DNA from: Chlamydiales bacterium
GTDB taxonomy: Bacteria > Chlamydiota > Chlamydiia > Chlamydiales > JAAZZY01
DNA length: 64,000 nucleotides
Direction: 5' to 3'
Assembly: GCA_965206695.1 (NCBI GenBank)
Contig: CBDBKM010000011.1
Location: forward strand, 394,552 to 458,551
Every line of letters starts with the position of its first letter. Positions within the stretch are counted from its first letter, which is position 1. The notes under the pieces are model-generated. The model made no database searches, had not been told where the DNA came from, and worked only from the letters and a program-made list of their open reading frames with translations. The position numbers and the translations under genes are program-made. This document shows positions 20,253 through 29,228 of the stretch, piece by piece.

Positions 20253-20624
20253 TTAATTTTCTGATTTCTTGTTTTTGGTTCGCTGTTTTCGCTTTTGTTT
20301 TTGTTTTCTTATTTTTTTTATTTCTTTAGCTTTAACTGATGTTTTAGGAAATAATTGAGCTTCAATTTGATCAACTAAAGTTCTAAAAGCTATAAACCGA
20401 TTTTTATTTCTTTCCCTTTCTCTTTGACAAGTAACAAATAGACCTGTGGGAATATGCCGTACTAAGACACCATTTGAAGTTTTATTCTGCTTTTGTCCAC
20501 CTTTTCCTCCTCCTCTTAAAAAAGTTTCTTTAATATCGTTCAGATCAATATTGAGATCTTCAATTTTCTTGAAAAGAGCTTGTAACTTTTTCTCACTAAT
20601 ATTAAACTTTTCGTTGAAACGCAT
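20253..20624 (-). CDS. GGQ-motif peptidyl-tRNA hydrolase domain protein (ArfB/YaeJ-like)
   Basis: GGGKGGQKQNKTSNGV plus a Lys/Arg-rich C-terminal tail. Confidence 0.7.
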   Translation of the reverse strand: MRFNEKFNISEKKLQALFKKIEDLNIDLNDIKETFLRGGGKGGQKQNKTSNGVLVRHIPTGLFVTCQRERERNKNRFIAFRTLVDQIEAQLFPKTSVKAKEIKKIRKQKQKRKQRTKNKKSEN

Positions 20625-20672
20625 AAAAAACTTCCCAAAATTACATGTTTGGATTTATCGTGAGCATATAGG

Positions 20673-22142
20673 GTGGTTAACATCTCTCTGAGGAGAATAA
20701 TGGAGTTTATTAAATTTGTTAGGTTATATTTTGCCTTTTTTTTAATCTATTCTTTTACATCCGCACATTCCTATCCATTTGATACTAAATGGAATTGGGA
20801 CCATATTAATACGGATGATATCTTATTTCCAAAAGATTTTCTTTGGGGCTCCGCAACGTCCGAATTTCAGAATTCAGGAGCTAATCTTTGCCGGAACAGT
20901 AATTGGTCGGAATGGGAAAAGAGCTTGGATCATAATCAAAATCCACGCATTAAGGGGGGGAATCTCTCCGGGGATTCTTGCGACCACTGGAATAGATATG
21001 GAGAAGATATCACTCTAATGAAACATTTTGGATTGACCTCTTATCGTTTCTCTGTGGATTGGAGTTTAATTGAACCTGAAGATGGAGTAATCGATTATGA
21101 AGTACTTGAACACTATATAGACCTTTGTCAGGAATTAAAAGCAAATAACATAACCCCAATGATTACCCTTCATCATTTTAACCATCCTAAATGGTTTGAA
21201 GACATGGGTGGATTTGAAAAAGAAGAAAATATTAACTATTTTGTTGATTTTGCTACCTTAGTATTTGAACATTTAGGTTCTGAAGTTTCCTTATGGTGCA
21301 CGATTAATGAACCGGGAATCTATGCTTTCATGGGATATTATCTTGGTGGATTTCCACCCGGAAAAATGAATACAGGCTTAACCGCTATTGTTTTAAAAAA
21401 TCTACTAAAAGCCCATTGCCAAGTTTATCACACATTAAAAGCTTTGCCGGGAGGTGATGAAGCTCAAATTGGACTCGTTCATAACGTCTTAAAATTCAGA
21501 CCCTATTCTTCATGGAACCCTATTGAACTTATTTCCTGCTACCTTCTTTCATTTATCACTCATGATGCTATTCTGGAATTCTTAAAAACCGGGTACTTTA
21601 ATTTTAACTTCCCCTTTTATGTAGATGTTGCTTTTGAAGATAAAGAGGCCCCAAATTCATATGATTTTATTGGGATCAATTTTTATTCTGATCCACTGAT
21701 TATGTTGCAATGGGACTTCTACGAGCCTTTAATATCAACTTGTTATAGTAAAGAAGAAATGTCGGATGCTGAATATCGATTGTATCCACAAGGTATTTAT
21801 CATGCTATTGTTGAATGTTCCGAATTAGGTGTTCCTATCTATATCACTGAAAATGGCATTGCTGATGCTCAAGACAATCGCCGCGGTACTTTTATTAAAC
21901 GTTACATATTCGCTATATCGCAAGCCTTAAAAGATGGGTATGATGTAAAAGGTTACTTTTATTGGACGTTAATTGATAATTTCGAATGGGCAGAAGGCTA
22001 TTCCTTAAAATTTGGTCTTTTTGAATTCGATTATGAGACTAAAGAACGAACCATGCGTGAAGGGGCCAGGTCATACAAAGATATTATCGAAGGCTGGCGT
22101 GACTATTGGTCTTTGGAACTTTCTCATTGTTTTTCTCCTTAA
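20673..22142 (+). CDS. glycoside hydrolase family 1 beta-glucosidase with probable signal peptide
   Basis: TINEPG (acid/base) and YITENGIAD (nucleophile) motifs; hydrophobic N-terminus FAFFLIYSFTSAHS. Confidence 0.85.
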   Translation: MVNISLRRIMEFIKFVRLYFAFFLIYSFTSAHSYPFDTKWNWDHINTDDILFPKDFLWGSATSEFQNSGANLCRNSNWSEWEKSLDHNQNPRIKGGNLSGDSCDHWNRYGEDITLMKHFGLTSYRFSVDWSLIEPEDGVIDYEVLEHYIDLCQELKANNITPMITLHHFNHPKWFEDMGGFEKEENINYFVDFATLVFEHLGSEVSLWCTINEPGIYAFMGYYLGGFPPGKMNTGLTAIVLKNLLKAHCQVYHTLKALPGGDEAQIGLVHNVLKFRPYSSWNPIELISCYLLSFITHDAILEFLKTGYFNFNFPFYVDVAFEDKEAPNSYDFIGINFYSDPLIMLQWDFYEPLISTCYSKEEMSDAEYRLYPQGIYHAIVECSELGVPIYITENGIADAQDNRRGTFIKRYIFAISQALKDGYDVKGYFYWTLIDNFEWAEGYSLKFGLFEFDYETKERTMREGARSYKDIIEGWRDYWSLELSHCFSP

Positions 22143-22315
22143 TTAAAAAAATAGTTAATTCATTAAATTAACAAATGCTTACACCTGTTATAGCTCTCCC
22201 GGTTCCTTCTTCACGTTTAGCTCGTTTTAAAGTCCTTCAATCATCTGTCTGTCTCTACAGCTTTATAAACAATCTTATCAGAAACCACTAAAGATTTAAA
22301 GCGCAACAAGTCTAC

Positions 22316-22822
22316 TCAAGAAATCGACTCAATAGCCTCTATGACTTTGTCATAATCCGGTTCATGAGAAACCTCTAAAACTTGTTCTGTATAAATGATC
22401 GTATTGGCTCTGTCTACTACTAACACAGCTCGAGATAATAAACCCTGCAAAGGACCATCCGAGAATTCCACACCATAATCACTTCCAAAAAAGCTTCTAA
22501 AAGCTGACAACGTCTCAACATTTTTTAGCCCCTCAGCATCACAACATCTTTGATAAGCAAATGGTAAATCTTTCGAAATATTTAAAATGATAATATCATC
22601 ACGTTTGGCAAGGGCTTCATGAAATTTTTTAACTGATAAAGCACAGACAGGAGTATCAATACTGGGGAAAATATTTAATACCTTAATTTTTGCCTGATAG
22701 TTCATTAAGCTAGCTTCCGATAAATCTTGTTTGACTAATAGAAAATCCGGCGCCTTTGCATTTATTTCAGGCAATGCTGAAACAGTATGAATGGGTTTTC
22801 CTTTTAAAGTGACTTCCGCCAT
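22316..22822 (-). CDS. tpx: thiol peroxidase (atypical 2-Cys peroxiredoxin)
   Basis: DTPVCA active site. The six-frame ORF extends to 22867 into a repeat; MAEVTLKGK at 22822 is the likely start. Confidence 0.85.
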   Translation of the reverse strand: MAEVTLKGKPIHTVSALPEINAKAPDFLLVKQDLSEASLMNYQAKIKVLNIFPSIDTPVCALSVKKFHEALAKRDDIIILNISKDLPFAYQRCCDAEGLKNVETLSAFRSFFGSDYGVEFSDGPLQGLLSRAVLVVDRANTIIYTEQVLEVSHEPDYDKVIEAIESIS

Positions 22823-22849
22823 ATTTCCCTCCAAAAATTTCATGATTTG

Positions 22850-23040
22850 ACTGCTCCCGACCCTCAAAAGAAGGGGAGATTCCTAATTCAACGATCACGG
22901 CCCGCGGAACAAAACTTGGTTTTTGCAATAAAAATTCCCAAAGGGGAATTTTTACGATCTTCAACCACCCCATGCTCCCCGGGCCTGATATGATCTCCAA
23001 AGGCTTAGCTTACTGCCTGCCTCACGGTAGACTAAAAACC
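22850..23040 (-). repeat. diverged, expanded copy of the IS605-B right-end repeat in the tpx upstream region
   Basis: ctcccgaccctcaaaagaagggga...atgatctccaaaggcttagcttac, with an inserted ggcccg...cgggcc hairpin. Confidence 0.4.
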
Positions 23041-23087
23041 GGGAATAGTATACAAAATACGAGAATTAACAAGAATACGAAACAGCA

Positions 23088-23150
23088 CTTTAATCGAGAT
23101 GCTCTCATCCCAATGCTAAAGCAAAGGGTTTTATCGTTTAATTGTCATAA
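23088..23150 (+). repeat. IS200/IS605 tnpA-proximal end remnant (gctctcatcccaatgctaaagcaaagggttttatcgtttaattgtcataa)
   Basis: Four copies: 23088, 52925, 57885 and 58595. Two of them follow tnpA 3' remnants. Confidence 0.5.
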
Positions 23151-23176
23151 ATAAGAATGATGATTTAGAATTACGA

Positions 23177-23255
23177 CACTCACCTTACACACACCTTGTA
23201 CTAAGCAAGCTATAGAATCAAATGCTCTTGACGAGAGTGCGTGCGTAAGGTGAGT
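23177..23255. repeat. MITE family PE-1 copy, 5-bp target duplication tacga
   Basis: cactcaccttacacacacc ... gcgtgcgtaaggtgagt flanked by tacga on both sides. Confidence 0.65.
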
Positions 23256-23303
23256 TACGAAAAACAGATATAGAATAAAACTAAAAAAACCCAATTCTCA
23301 CTT

Positions 23304-23975
23304 GTGAATTACTTTCATCCTTTTAAGATACAAAAAAACCTTTTAAACCATAAGATCAATTTTTCACCTAAAGGTAACAATTCTGTTCGAACCTTTTCTA
23401 TTACTGAATTCGAAAAGGAATTTAATTTCAATTATACCCCCCAACTAATTGTAGAAGATCAAAAAATATACTTGCGTGCTAAAAAAAAATGTTCTCAGTT
23501 ACTAGAGCGCCTTTTTTTTCAAAAAAAGCTTCGCTGGCTAGGTACCTATTATAGAAAACCTCTTGACGAATGCCAAATAATCGATATGGAAATTAAATGG
23601 ATTAATAATCTTATAGAATATGGGGCTTTTGCGACTCACAAGATAAAAAAATCCGAATATATCGGTGAATATACCGGTATTTTATCTAAAAAAAAATTCT
23701 TCAATTATAACTTATCCGCTAATAATTATACATTTTCCTATATCACCTCTATCATATCCCCTCGTCAGTTCTATATTGATTCTAAAAATTATGGAAATGA
23801 AACACGTTTTATCAATCATAGTGATTGCCCCAATTGTGAATCCGCAAGTTTGCTGTATGATGGAATCATTCGAGTTATCATCTATGCAATTATTAACATA
23901 TACCCGGGAACGCAATTAACCATGGATTATGGCCCCGGGTATTGGAAACATCGAAATAAAGTCTTTAATCATTGA
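23304..23975 (+). CDS. SET-domain protein (putative lysine methyltransferase)
   Basis: ETRFINHSDCPNC ... TMDYGPGYW are canonical SET motifs. Confidence 0.8.
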   Translation: MNYFHPFKIQKNLLNHKINFSPKGNNSVRTFSITEFEKEFNFNYTPQLIVEDQKIYLRAKKKCSQLLERLFFQKKLRWLGTYYRKPLDECQIIDMEIKWINNLIEYGAFATHKIKKSEYIGEYTGILSKKKFFNYNLSANNYTFSYITSIISPRQFYIDSKNYGNETRFINHSDCPNCESASLLYDGIIRVIIYAIINIYPGTQLTMDYGPGYWKHRNKVFNH

Positions 23976-23976
23976 A

Positions 23977-24085
23977 GCCTGCACGAACGCAGTCGACCCG
24001 CAAGTAACGGTTGTGAAGTCTGCGGAACAGAAGAACGTAAAGCGCCAACAATTCCCGTTAAATAATTTTTCGCAATGATGTATAC
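23977..24085 (+). repeat. repeat shared with the IS256 remnant tail (33355-33500)
   Basis: tgcacgaacgcagtcgacccgcaagt...attcccgttaaataatttttcgcaatgatgtatac. Confidence 0.4.
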
Positions 24086-24124
24086 TTTTTTTTCATTATT
24101 TTTTTTTAAAATGGAGAAAAAAAT

Positions 24125-24418
24125 ATGGCAGTGCATTCTATTGAGAAAACCCGGCTTTCGGCTAAAGAGATGTTGTTAAAGGTTCGTTCCGTATTTAATC
24201 AGATTCCCAATAAAGACCGAGATGCAAGAGGTTTAAAAGCAAAAATTACATTATCTGATTGTTTGATGTCCGGTTTAGCCGTTTTTGGATTAAAGTTTCC
24301 TTCACTTCTACAATTCGATGAAGAACGTCAAGATGAGATCATTCAACATAATTTAAGCACTCTTTACAATATTACAAATATTCCTTCCGATACTTATATA
24401 AGAGAACGACTTGATTAA
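24125..24418 (+). pseudogene. possible N-terminal fragment of an IS4-superfamily transposase, truncated by IS605-A
   Basis: Loose resemblance of ITLSDCLMSGLAVFGLKFPSLLQFDEE to the N-terminus of the IS1634 transposase at 50599..52266. Confidence 0.3.
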
Positions 24419-24430
24419 AATAAAGGATTT

Positions 24431-25561
24431 GTGATGAAAGCTGTCAAGTTAAGATTCTATCCGACTCTCAAACAGAGACGGCCATTGGCCCATGAGTTTG
24501 GTTGTTCTAAATTTGTATACAATTGGGCTTTAAAACGAAGAAGCTCTTTGTATCAAGAAGAAAAAAAATCTATCAATTGGATTGGTCTTAGTAGAGAGTT
24601 AACACAGCTAAAAAAAGAGAAGCTATTCTTAAAAAATGTATCTGCTACAAATTTGTGTAATACCCTTAAGGGTTTGGAGTCGGGATTTCAAAAATTTTTT
24701 AAGAAGCAGGGCAAATACCCAATATTTAAAAAGCGAAAAAGTTCTTGTGTTTACACATTAGATAAACGCCAAGGTATAAATATTTTTATCAACGGAACCG
24801 GATTAAGGCTTCCAAGATTAGGAGAACTTAGAGTTAATTGGCATGATACTATACCTTGTTTTCCAAATAGTGCAACGCTATCTAAAAATTGTGCTGATGA
24901 ATGGCATGTTTCGCTTCAAGTGGATATGAACCGTACAAAAGAAGCTACGACAACAAACGCAAGAATAGGATTAGATCTTGGACTAAAAACTTTTGCAACT
25001 GACAGCAATGGGAAAAGATATAAACCTCTTAAAGTTTTAGGAAGGTTTCTAAAAAAATTTAGAAAAAAATCAAGATGTCTTTCAAAAAGAGTGAAAGGCT
25101 CGAAAAACAGAAGAAAAGCACGCAAGAAACCGGGTAAGCTCCACCGGCGAATAGCAGATAAGAGGCAAGACTACTTGCACAAGTTGAGTACTTCTATCGT
25201 ACGCGAAAACCAAGTAATAGCGCCGGAAGACCTGCATGTGCGTGGCATGATGGCCAATAGTAGATTGAGTCGATCGATCGGGGACGCCGGATGGAGTGAA
25301 TTTAGGAGACAAATCGAGTATACATCAAGATGGTATCAAAGGGATTTGTATATCATCGGAAGATATGAGCCTACAAGTAAAACTTGTCATAAATGCGGTC
25401 ATATTAAGAAAGATCTTGTCTTAAGTGTGCGTTCGCGGCAGTGCGAAAAATGTGGAATCAAGCATGACAGAGATATCAATGCCGCAAGAAATATATTACT
25501 CACCGCAACAAGTGCGGGAAGTGCCTGTGGAGCGTCAAATAAACCGAAAGTAGCCGCTTAG
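24431..25561 (+). CDS. tnpB: TnpB (IS605-A lineage, IS200/IS605 family), apparently intact
   Basis: 376 aa; N-terminal KLRFYPT motif; RuvC-like core; C-terminal zinc finger CHKCG...CEKCG. Confidence 0.85.
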   Translation: MMKAVKLRFYPTLKQRRPLAHEFGCSKFVYNWALKRRSSLYQEEKKSINWIGLSRELTQLKKEKLFLKNVSATNLCNTLKGLESGFQKFFKKQGKYPIFKKRKSSCVYTLDKRQGINIFINGTGLRLPRLGELRVNWHDTIPCFPNSATLSKNCADEWHVSLQVDMNRTKEATTTNARIGLDLGLKTFATDSNGKRYKPLKVLGRFLKKFRKKSRCLSKRVKGSKNRRKARKKPGKLHRRIADKRQDYLHKLSTSIVRENQVIAPEDLHVRGMMANSRLSRSIGDAGWSEFRRQIEYTSRWYQRDLYIIGRYEPTSKTCHKCGHIKKDLVLSVRSRQCEKCGIKHDRDINAARNILLTATSAGSACGASNKPKVAA

Positions 25562-25690
25562 CGGTAATGATAGGGACGTGTTGAAACAGGAAAAGCGCAG
25601 CGAAGAAACCTTGCAGGACGCAAGTAGCCGGACGTAGTCAGCGATTCTAAGCGTTAGCCGGCGTCTCGGATCGCATATCCTCTTCTAAAA
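25562..25690 (+). ncRNA. putative omega-RNA / right end of IS605-A
   Basis: Lies immediately 3' of tnpB; a second copy at 5426-5534 is conserved. Confidence 0.45.
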
Positions 25691-25751
25691 TTTTTCTGCT
25701 GTACTTGGTACACCGGATAACATGTATAGCTAAGATTAAAAATAGCTGTTT

Positions 25752-26303
25752 TTGAATTTTTCCGTCTTTCCATGCTTGAAAATATCAAGAAAATATCTCC
25801 TATTCACAAATTTTCTGAGCAACCTGAAGCGAGAAAAGGATTTTCTTTGGTTAAATGAAGTCTCTTCAGTTTGTTTACAACAAAGCTTGAGAGATTTCGA
25901 TATATCATATATCAACTTCTTTAAAAAAAGACCTGAGTTTCCAAAGTTTAAGAATAAGCATTCGCGTCAATCTATTCGCCTGACAAAATTAGCATTTAGT
26001 TGGGATGGGACGCATCTTAAAATTGCACAATCTAACCGGGCATTAAATATACGTATTTCTCGACAGTTTTTAACTTTTTTAAAATATAAAAGCGAGTGGT
26101 ACGGGAGAAATATAGTAGCATTAGACCACTATTTTTCCGATACACAAAAGTGTTCTGCATGCAGTCATAAACAAGGGAACATATCCCCCGACATAAGAAT
26201 CCGGGAGTGCTCAAATTGTAAAATTAAGCATAACAGAGATTTTAATGCATCATATAATATATATAGGGCAGTCGGTAATTTAAGCCTGTGGAGATCATGT
26301 TAG
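25752..26303 (+). pseudogene. TnpB-B (IS605-B lineage) with large internal deletion
   Basis: N-terminal part matches 55691..56335; C-terminal zinc finger part matches 54295..54687. Confidence 0.7.
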
Positions 26304-26380
26304 ACTCACTCTTTTGTTAGCTGTAGTCTGTGAATGAAAAATCTCTTCCCTTTAAGGTTAGAAGCTGTCAACATTGAATA
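26265..26380 (+). ncRNA. IS605-B right end (omega-RNA-like), gene-attached copy
   Basis: gggcagtcggtaatttaagcctgtggagatcatgttagac...gaagctgtcaa, overlapping the tnpB 3' end. Confidence 0.5.
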
Positions 26381-26406
26381 TATCATAAAACAATTCTTTT
26401 TTTTAA

Positions 26407-27537
26407 ATGCAAAAAAATAATAAACAATATGCTCTTGATTTATCTCATCATGAATGGCAAGAATGGTGTTCAAAGATTAGAGTGTTTCCATATACAAGTC
26501 GACAAATTTTAAAGTGGTTATTTGAAAAACAAATAACCGATCCAAACCTTTTTACCAATCTCCCTAAGCATTTAAGAGAACAACTTATAACATCCTTTGA
26601 TTGGCGCCTGCCAACAATCGATACTCTTTTAAAATCTTCAGTTGATAACAGTCAAAAATTTTTATTAAAAACTCATGATAACAATTATGCGGAATGCGTT
26701 CTTATGCCTGAGAACAACCGTATAACACTATGCGTTAGTAGCCAGGTAGGATGTAAGTTAGCCTGTACATTCTGTCAAACAGGTCGTTTAGGCTTCTTTA
26801 GAAACCTAACTTCGGGCGAAATCCTATCTCAAATATTAATAGGTAATCAGATTTTAAAAAAACAAGATACGAATCGAAAAATCACTAATATTGTTTTTAT
26901 GGGAATGGGAGAACCATTAGACAATTACGACCAAGTGGTTAAAGCTTGTCACATCATGGTTGATAAACAATTATTGAGTTTAAGCAATCATAGAGTAACT
27001 ATTTCAACCGCCGGAATCGTTCCTAAGATTAAACAGTTAGGGGAAGAATTACCTGTAAATCTAGCTATTTCTTTGCATTCTGCCGACAATGCCCATCGTA
27101 GTAGTATGATGCCTATTAACCGTATGTATCCATTGGAAGAATTGAAAACAGTCCTATTAGACTATCCGATTCAAACTCGGCATGGCATAACTTTTGAATA
27201 TGTTATGATCCATAATGAAAATGACACACTGGCACATGCTAAAAAATTAGTTACTTTTTTACATGGCCTTAAAGCAAAAGTTAATTTAATTCCAATGAAC
27301 CCTCATCCGGGAAATATTATGGAAGCCGCTATTCCAAAACAAATTAAAATTTTTCAACAGTATTTAAGCGATCGTTCCATCCCCGCTCCTATCCGCTATA
27401 GTAGAGGTCAAGATATTAGTGCAGCATGTGGGCAGCTTGCCCTTAAACGAAAAGATGAATTAAATCTCCCTCCCAAAGAAATTTCTATAGCACGAAGACG
27501 TGAACAAAAAATTCTTAATCAACTTCTCTATCAATAA
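26407..27537 (+). CDS. rlmN: 23S rRNA m2A2503 methyltransferase, radical SAM
   Basis: CVSSQVGCKLACTFCQTG. Confidence 0.85.
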   Translation: MQKNNKQYALDLSHHEWQEWCSKIRVFPYTSRQILKWLFEKQITDPNLFTNLPKHLREQLITSFDWRLPTIDTLLKSSVDNSQKFLLKTHDNNYAECVLMPENNRITLCVSSQVGCKLACTFCQTGRLGFFRNLTSGEILSQILIGNQILKKQDTNRKITNIVFMGMGEPLDNYDQVVKACHIMVDKQLLSLSNHRVTISTAGIVPKIKQLGEELPVNLAISLHSADNAHRSSMMPINRMYPLEELKTVLLDYPIQTRHGITFEYVMIHNENDTLAHAKKLVTFLHGLKAKVNLIPMNPHPGNIMEAAIPKQIKIFQQYLSDRSIPAPIRYSRGQDISAACGQLALKRKDELNLPPKEISIARRREQKILNQLLYQ

Positions 27538-27548
27538 TAATTTTATAT

Positions 27549-28454
27549 TAGACTTCTTTCGAAACTAATTTTTTGATAATAATATTCTTGTTAAAATAAG
27601 TGAGGATAACATGAAGTTTGAAACAGTTAAAAGTTTAGACGACGAAAAATTTCGTCGGCTAACGGGCATTAAGAAAGCTACATTTGATAGGATGCAGTTG
27701 ATTTTAGAAGAATCGAACAAACTCAAAAAAGTTAAAGGTGTTAGGAAGAACAAACTAAGCATAAAGGATATGCTGCTTATGACTCTAGAATATATCCGAG
27801 AATACGGGACTTATTTCCATGTGAGTCAAAGTTACGGTGTTAGTGAGAGTACTGCCTATAAAACTGTAAGGTGGGTCGAGGATACATTAATCAAGCACCC
27901 TGATTTCTCTTTGCCCGGACGCAAAGCTCTTCTAAAGAGCGATGTTGAATATGACGTTATTTTAATCGATGCAACAGAAACGCGTATTGAAAGGCCAAAA
28001 AAAAACAGAAGTATTTTTACTCAGGAAAAAAGAAAAAATATACGCTAAAAACTCAGGTTGTTGTGAAGAAGAAGACGCAACAAGTAATCTGTACGGCATT
28101 CTCGAATGGCAAGCTACATGATTTCAGATTATTCAAAGAGTCAAAAATACAAATCCGTCCGGAAATAAATGTGTTGACTGATACCGGATATCAAGGTCTA
28201 CAAGATATTCACTCTAAGACCCAAATGCCAAAGAAAAAAAGTAAAAAGAAGCCATTGACTAAAGAGGATAAGAAACGCAATCGACAGCTTTCCAAAGAAC
28301 GAGTTCTCAATGAACATGTCATTGCCCGTTTAAAGCGATTCAAGATTATAACTGATCGTTACGGAAATAGGCGTAAAAGGTTTGCTCTTCGTTTTAATCT
28401 AATTGCCGGTATTTACAATTTGGAGTTGGCACAATGAGTTTCGAAAGAAGTCTA
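27549..28454 (+). mobile_element. IS5-family IS (906 bp) with two ORFs joined by a -1 frameshift in an A-run
   Basis: 18-bp terminal repeats tagacttctttcgaaact / agtttcgaaagaagtcta. ORFs 27611..28048 and 28063..28437; the SGKKKKYTLKTQVV junction spans the frameshift. Confidence 0.75.
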
Positions 28455-28472
28455 TTATCTATTTTATGATTC

Positions 28473-28556
28473 GGCTCTTTCAACATCGAAGTGCAACAAA
28501 TAGGAGAAATTTGAGGTTTAATGAGGTGCCTACTTGTTGCACTTCATATTTGACAA
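28473..28556. repeat. miniature element made of two IS30-like terminal repeats about 30 bp apart
   Basis: ctctttcaacatcgaagtgcaacaaa ... tacttgttgcacttcatatttgac. Confidence 0.45.
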
Positions 28557-28670
28557 GGCAAGGTGTTAATTAAAGCCATTCGAAAGTTTTTTCACTATTA
28601 TTTTATCGATGATAAAATATATTTTTGATAATCTTGATTTTTTTTAAATAAGTATTAAAAAGAGATAACG

Positions 28671-29141
28671 ATGCCGGCAGTTCTTTTTGTTTGCCTAGGT
28701 AATATTTGTCGATCGCCTGCAGCGGAAGCCATTTTACATTTTTATGCTAAGCGTAATTACCCTGAAGATTATACTCATGTTAAAAGTTGTGGTCTAGCTG
28801 ATTGGCATTTAGGAGAGTTGCCGGATCCTCGCATGCAAAAGGCTCTGAAGAAAAAGGGTTTTAAATCCTATACAAGAGCAGAGCAATTTAAACCCCTATT
28901 TTTTGATAGTTTTGATTATATCCTTGCCTCAGATTTGGATATTATGAAGAAACTTTTAGAGTTCGCTAAATCAAAACAAAATCGAGAAAAAGTTTCTCTA
29001 ATGACAGAATTTTCTCCTGAATTAGAAGGGAAAGATATTCCGGATCCTTATTACGGAAAAGAAAAAGATTTTGACGAGGTTGTCAGTATTTTAGAAACAG
29101 TATGTCAGGATATCCTGCATTATATTTTTAAGAAACAATAA
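28671..29141 (+). CDS. low-molecular-weight protein tyrosine phosphatase
   Basis: VCLGNICRSP P-loop motif and DPYY. Confidence 0.85.
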   Translation: MPAVLFVCLGNICRSPAAEAILHFYAKRNYPEDYTHVKSCGLADWHLGELPDPRMQKALKKKGFKSYTRAEQFKPLFFDSFDYILASDLDIMKKLLEFAKSKQNREKVSLMTEFSPELEGKDIPDPYYGKEKDFDEVVSILETVCQDILHYIFKKQ

Positions 29142-29228
29142 CAGATGTTGTCGGGATAATTTTTCTGGCATATTTTTTTCATAGTCTTTATAATCTTTAT
29201 AATTTTTCATTTCACCTTCTGTAGAATT

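Noticed and set aside
22316-22867. Full 183-aa tpx ORF as called
   Set aside because: The first 15 codons run into a transposon-end repeat. Conserved Tpx proteins start at about MAEVTL, so the start was moved to 22822.
24125-24418. 97-aa ORF upstream of tnpB as a TnpA (Y1 transposase)
   Set aside because: It has no HUH or catalytic Tyr motifs. It is more like a truncated N-terminus of an unrelated transposase, so it is kept only as a low-confidence pseudogene.
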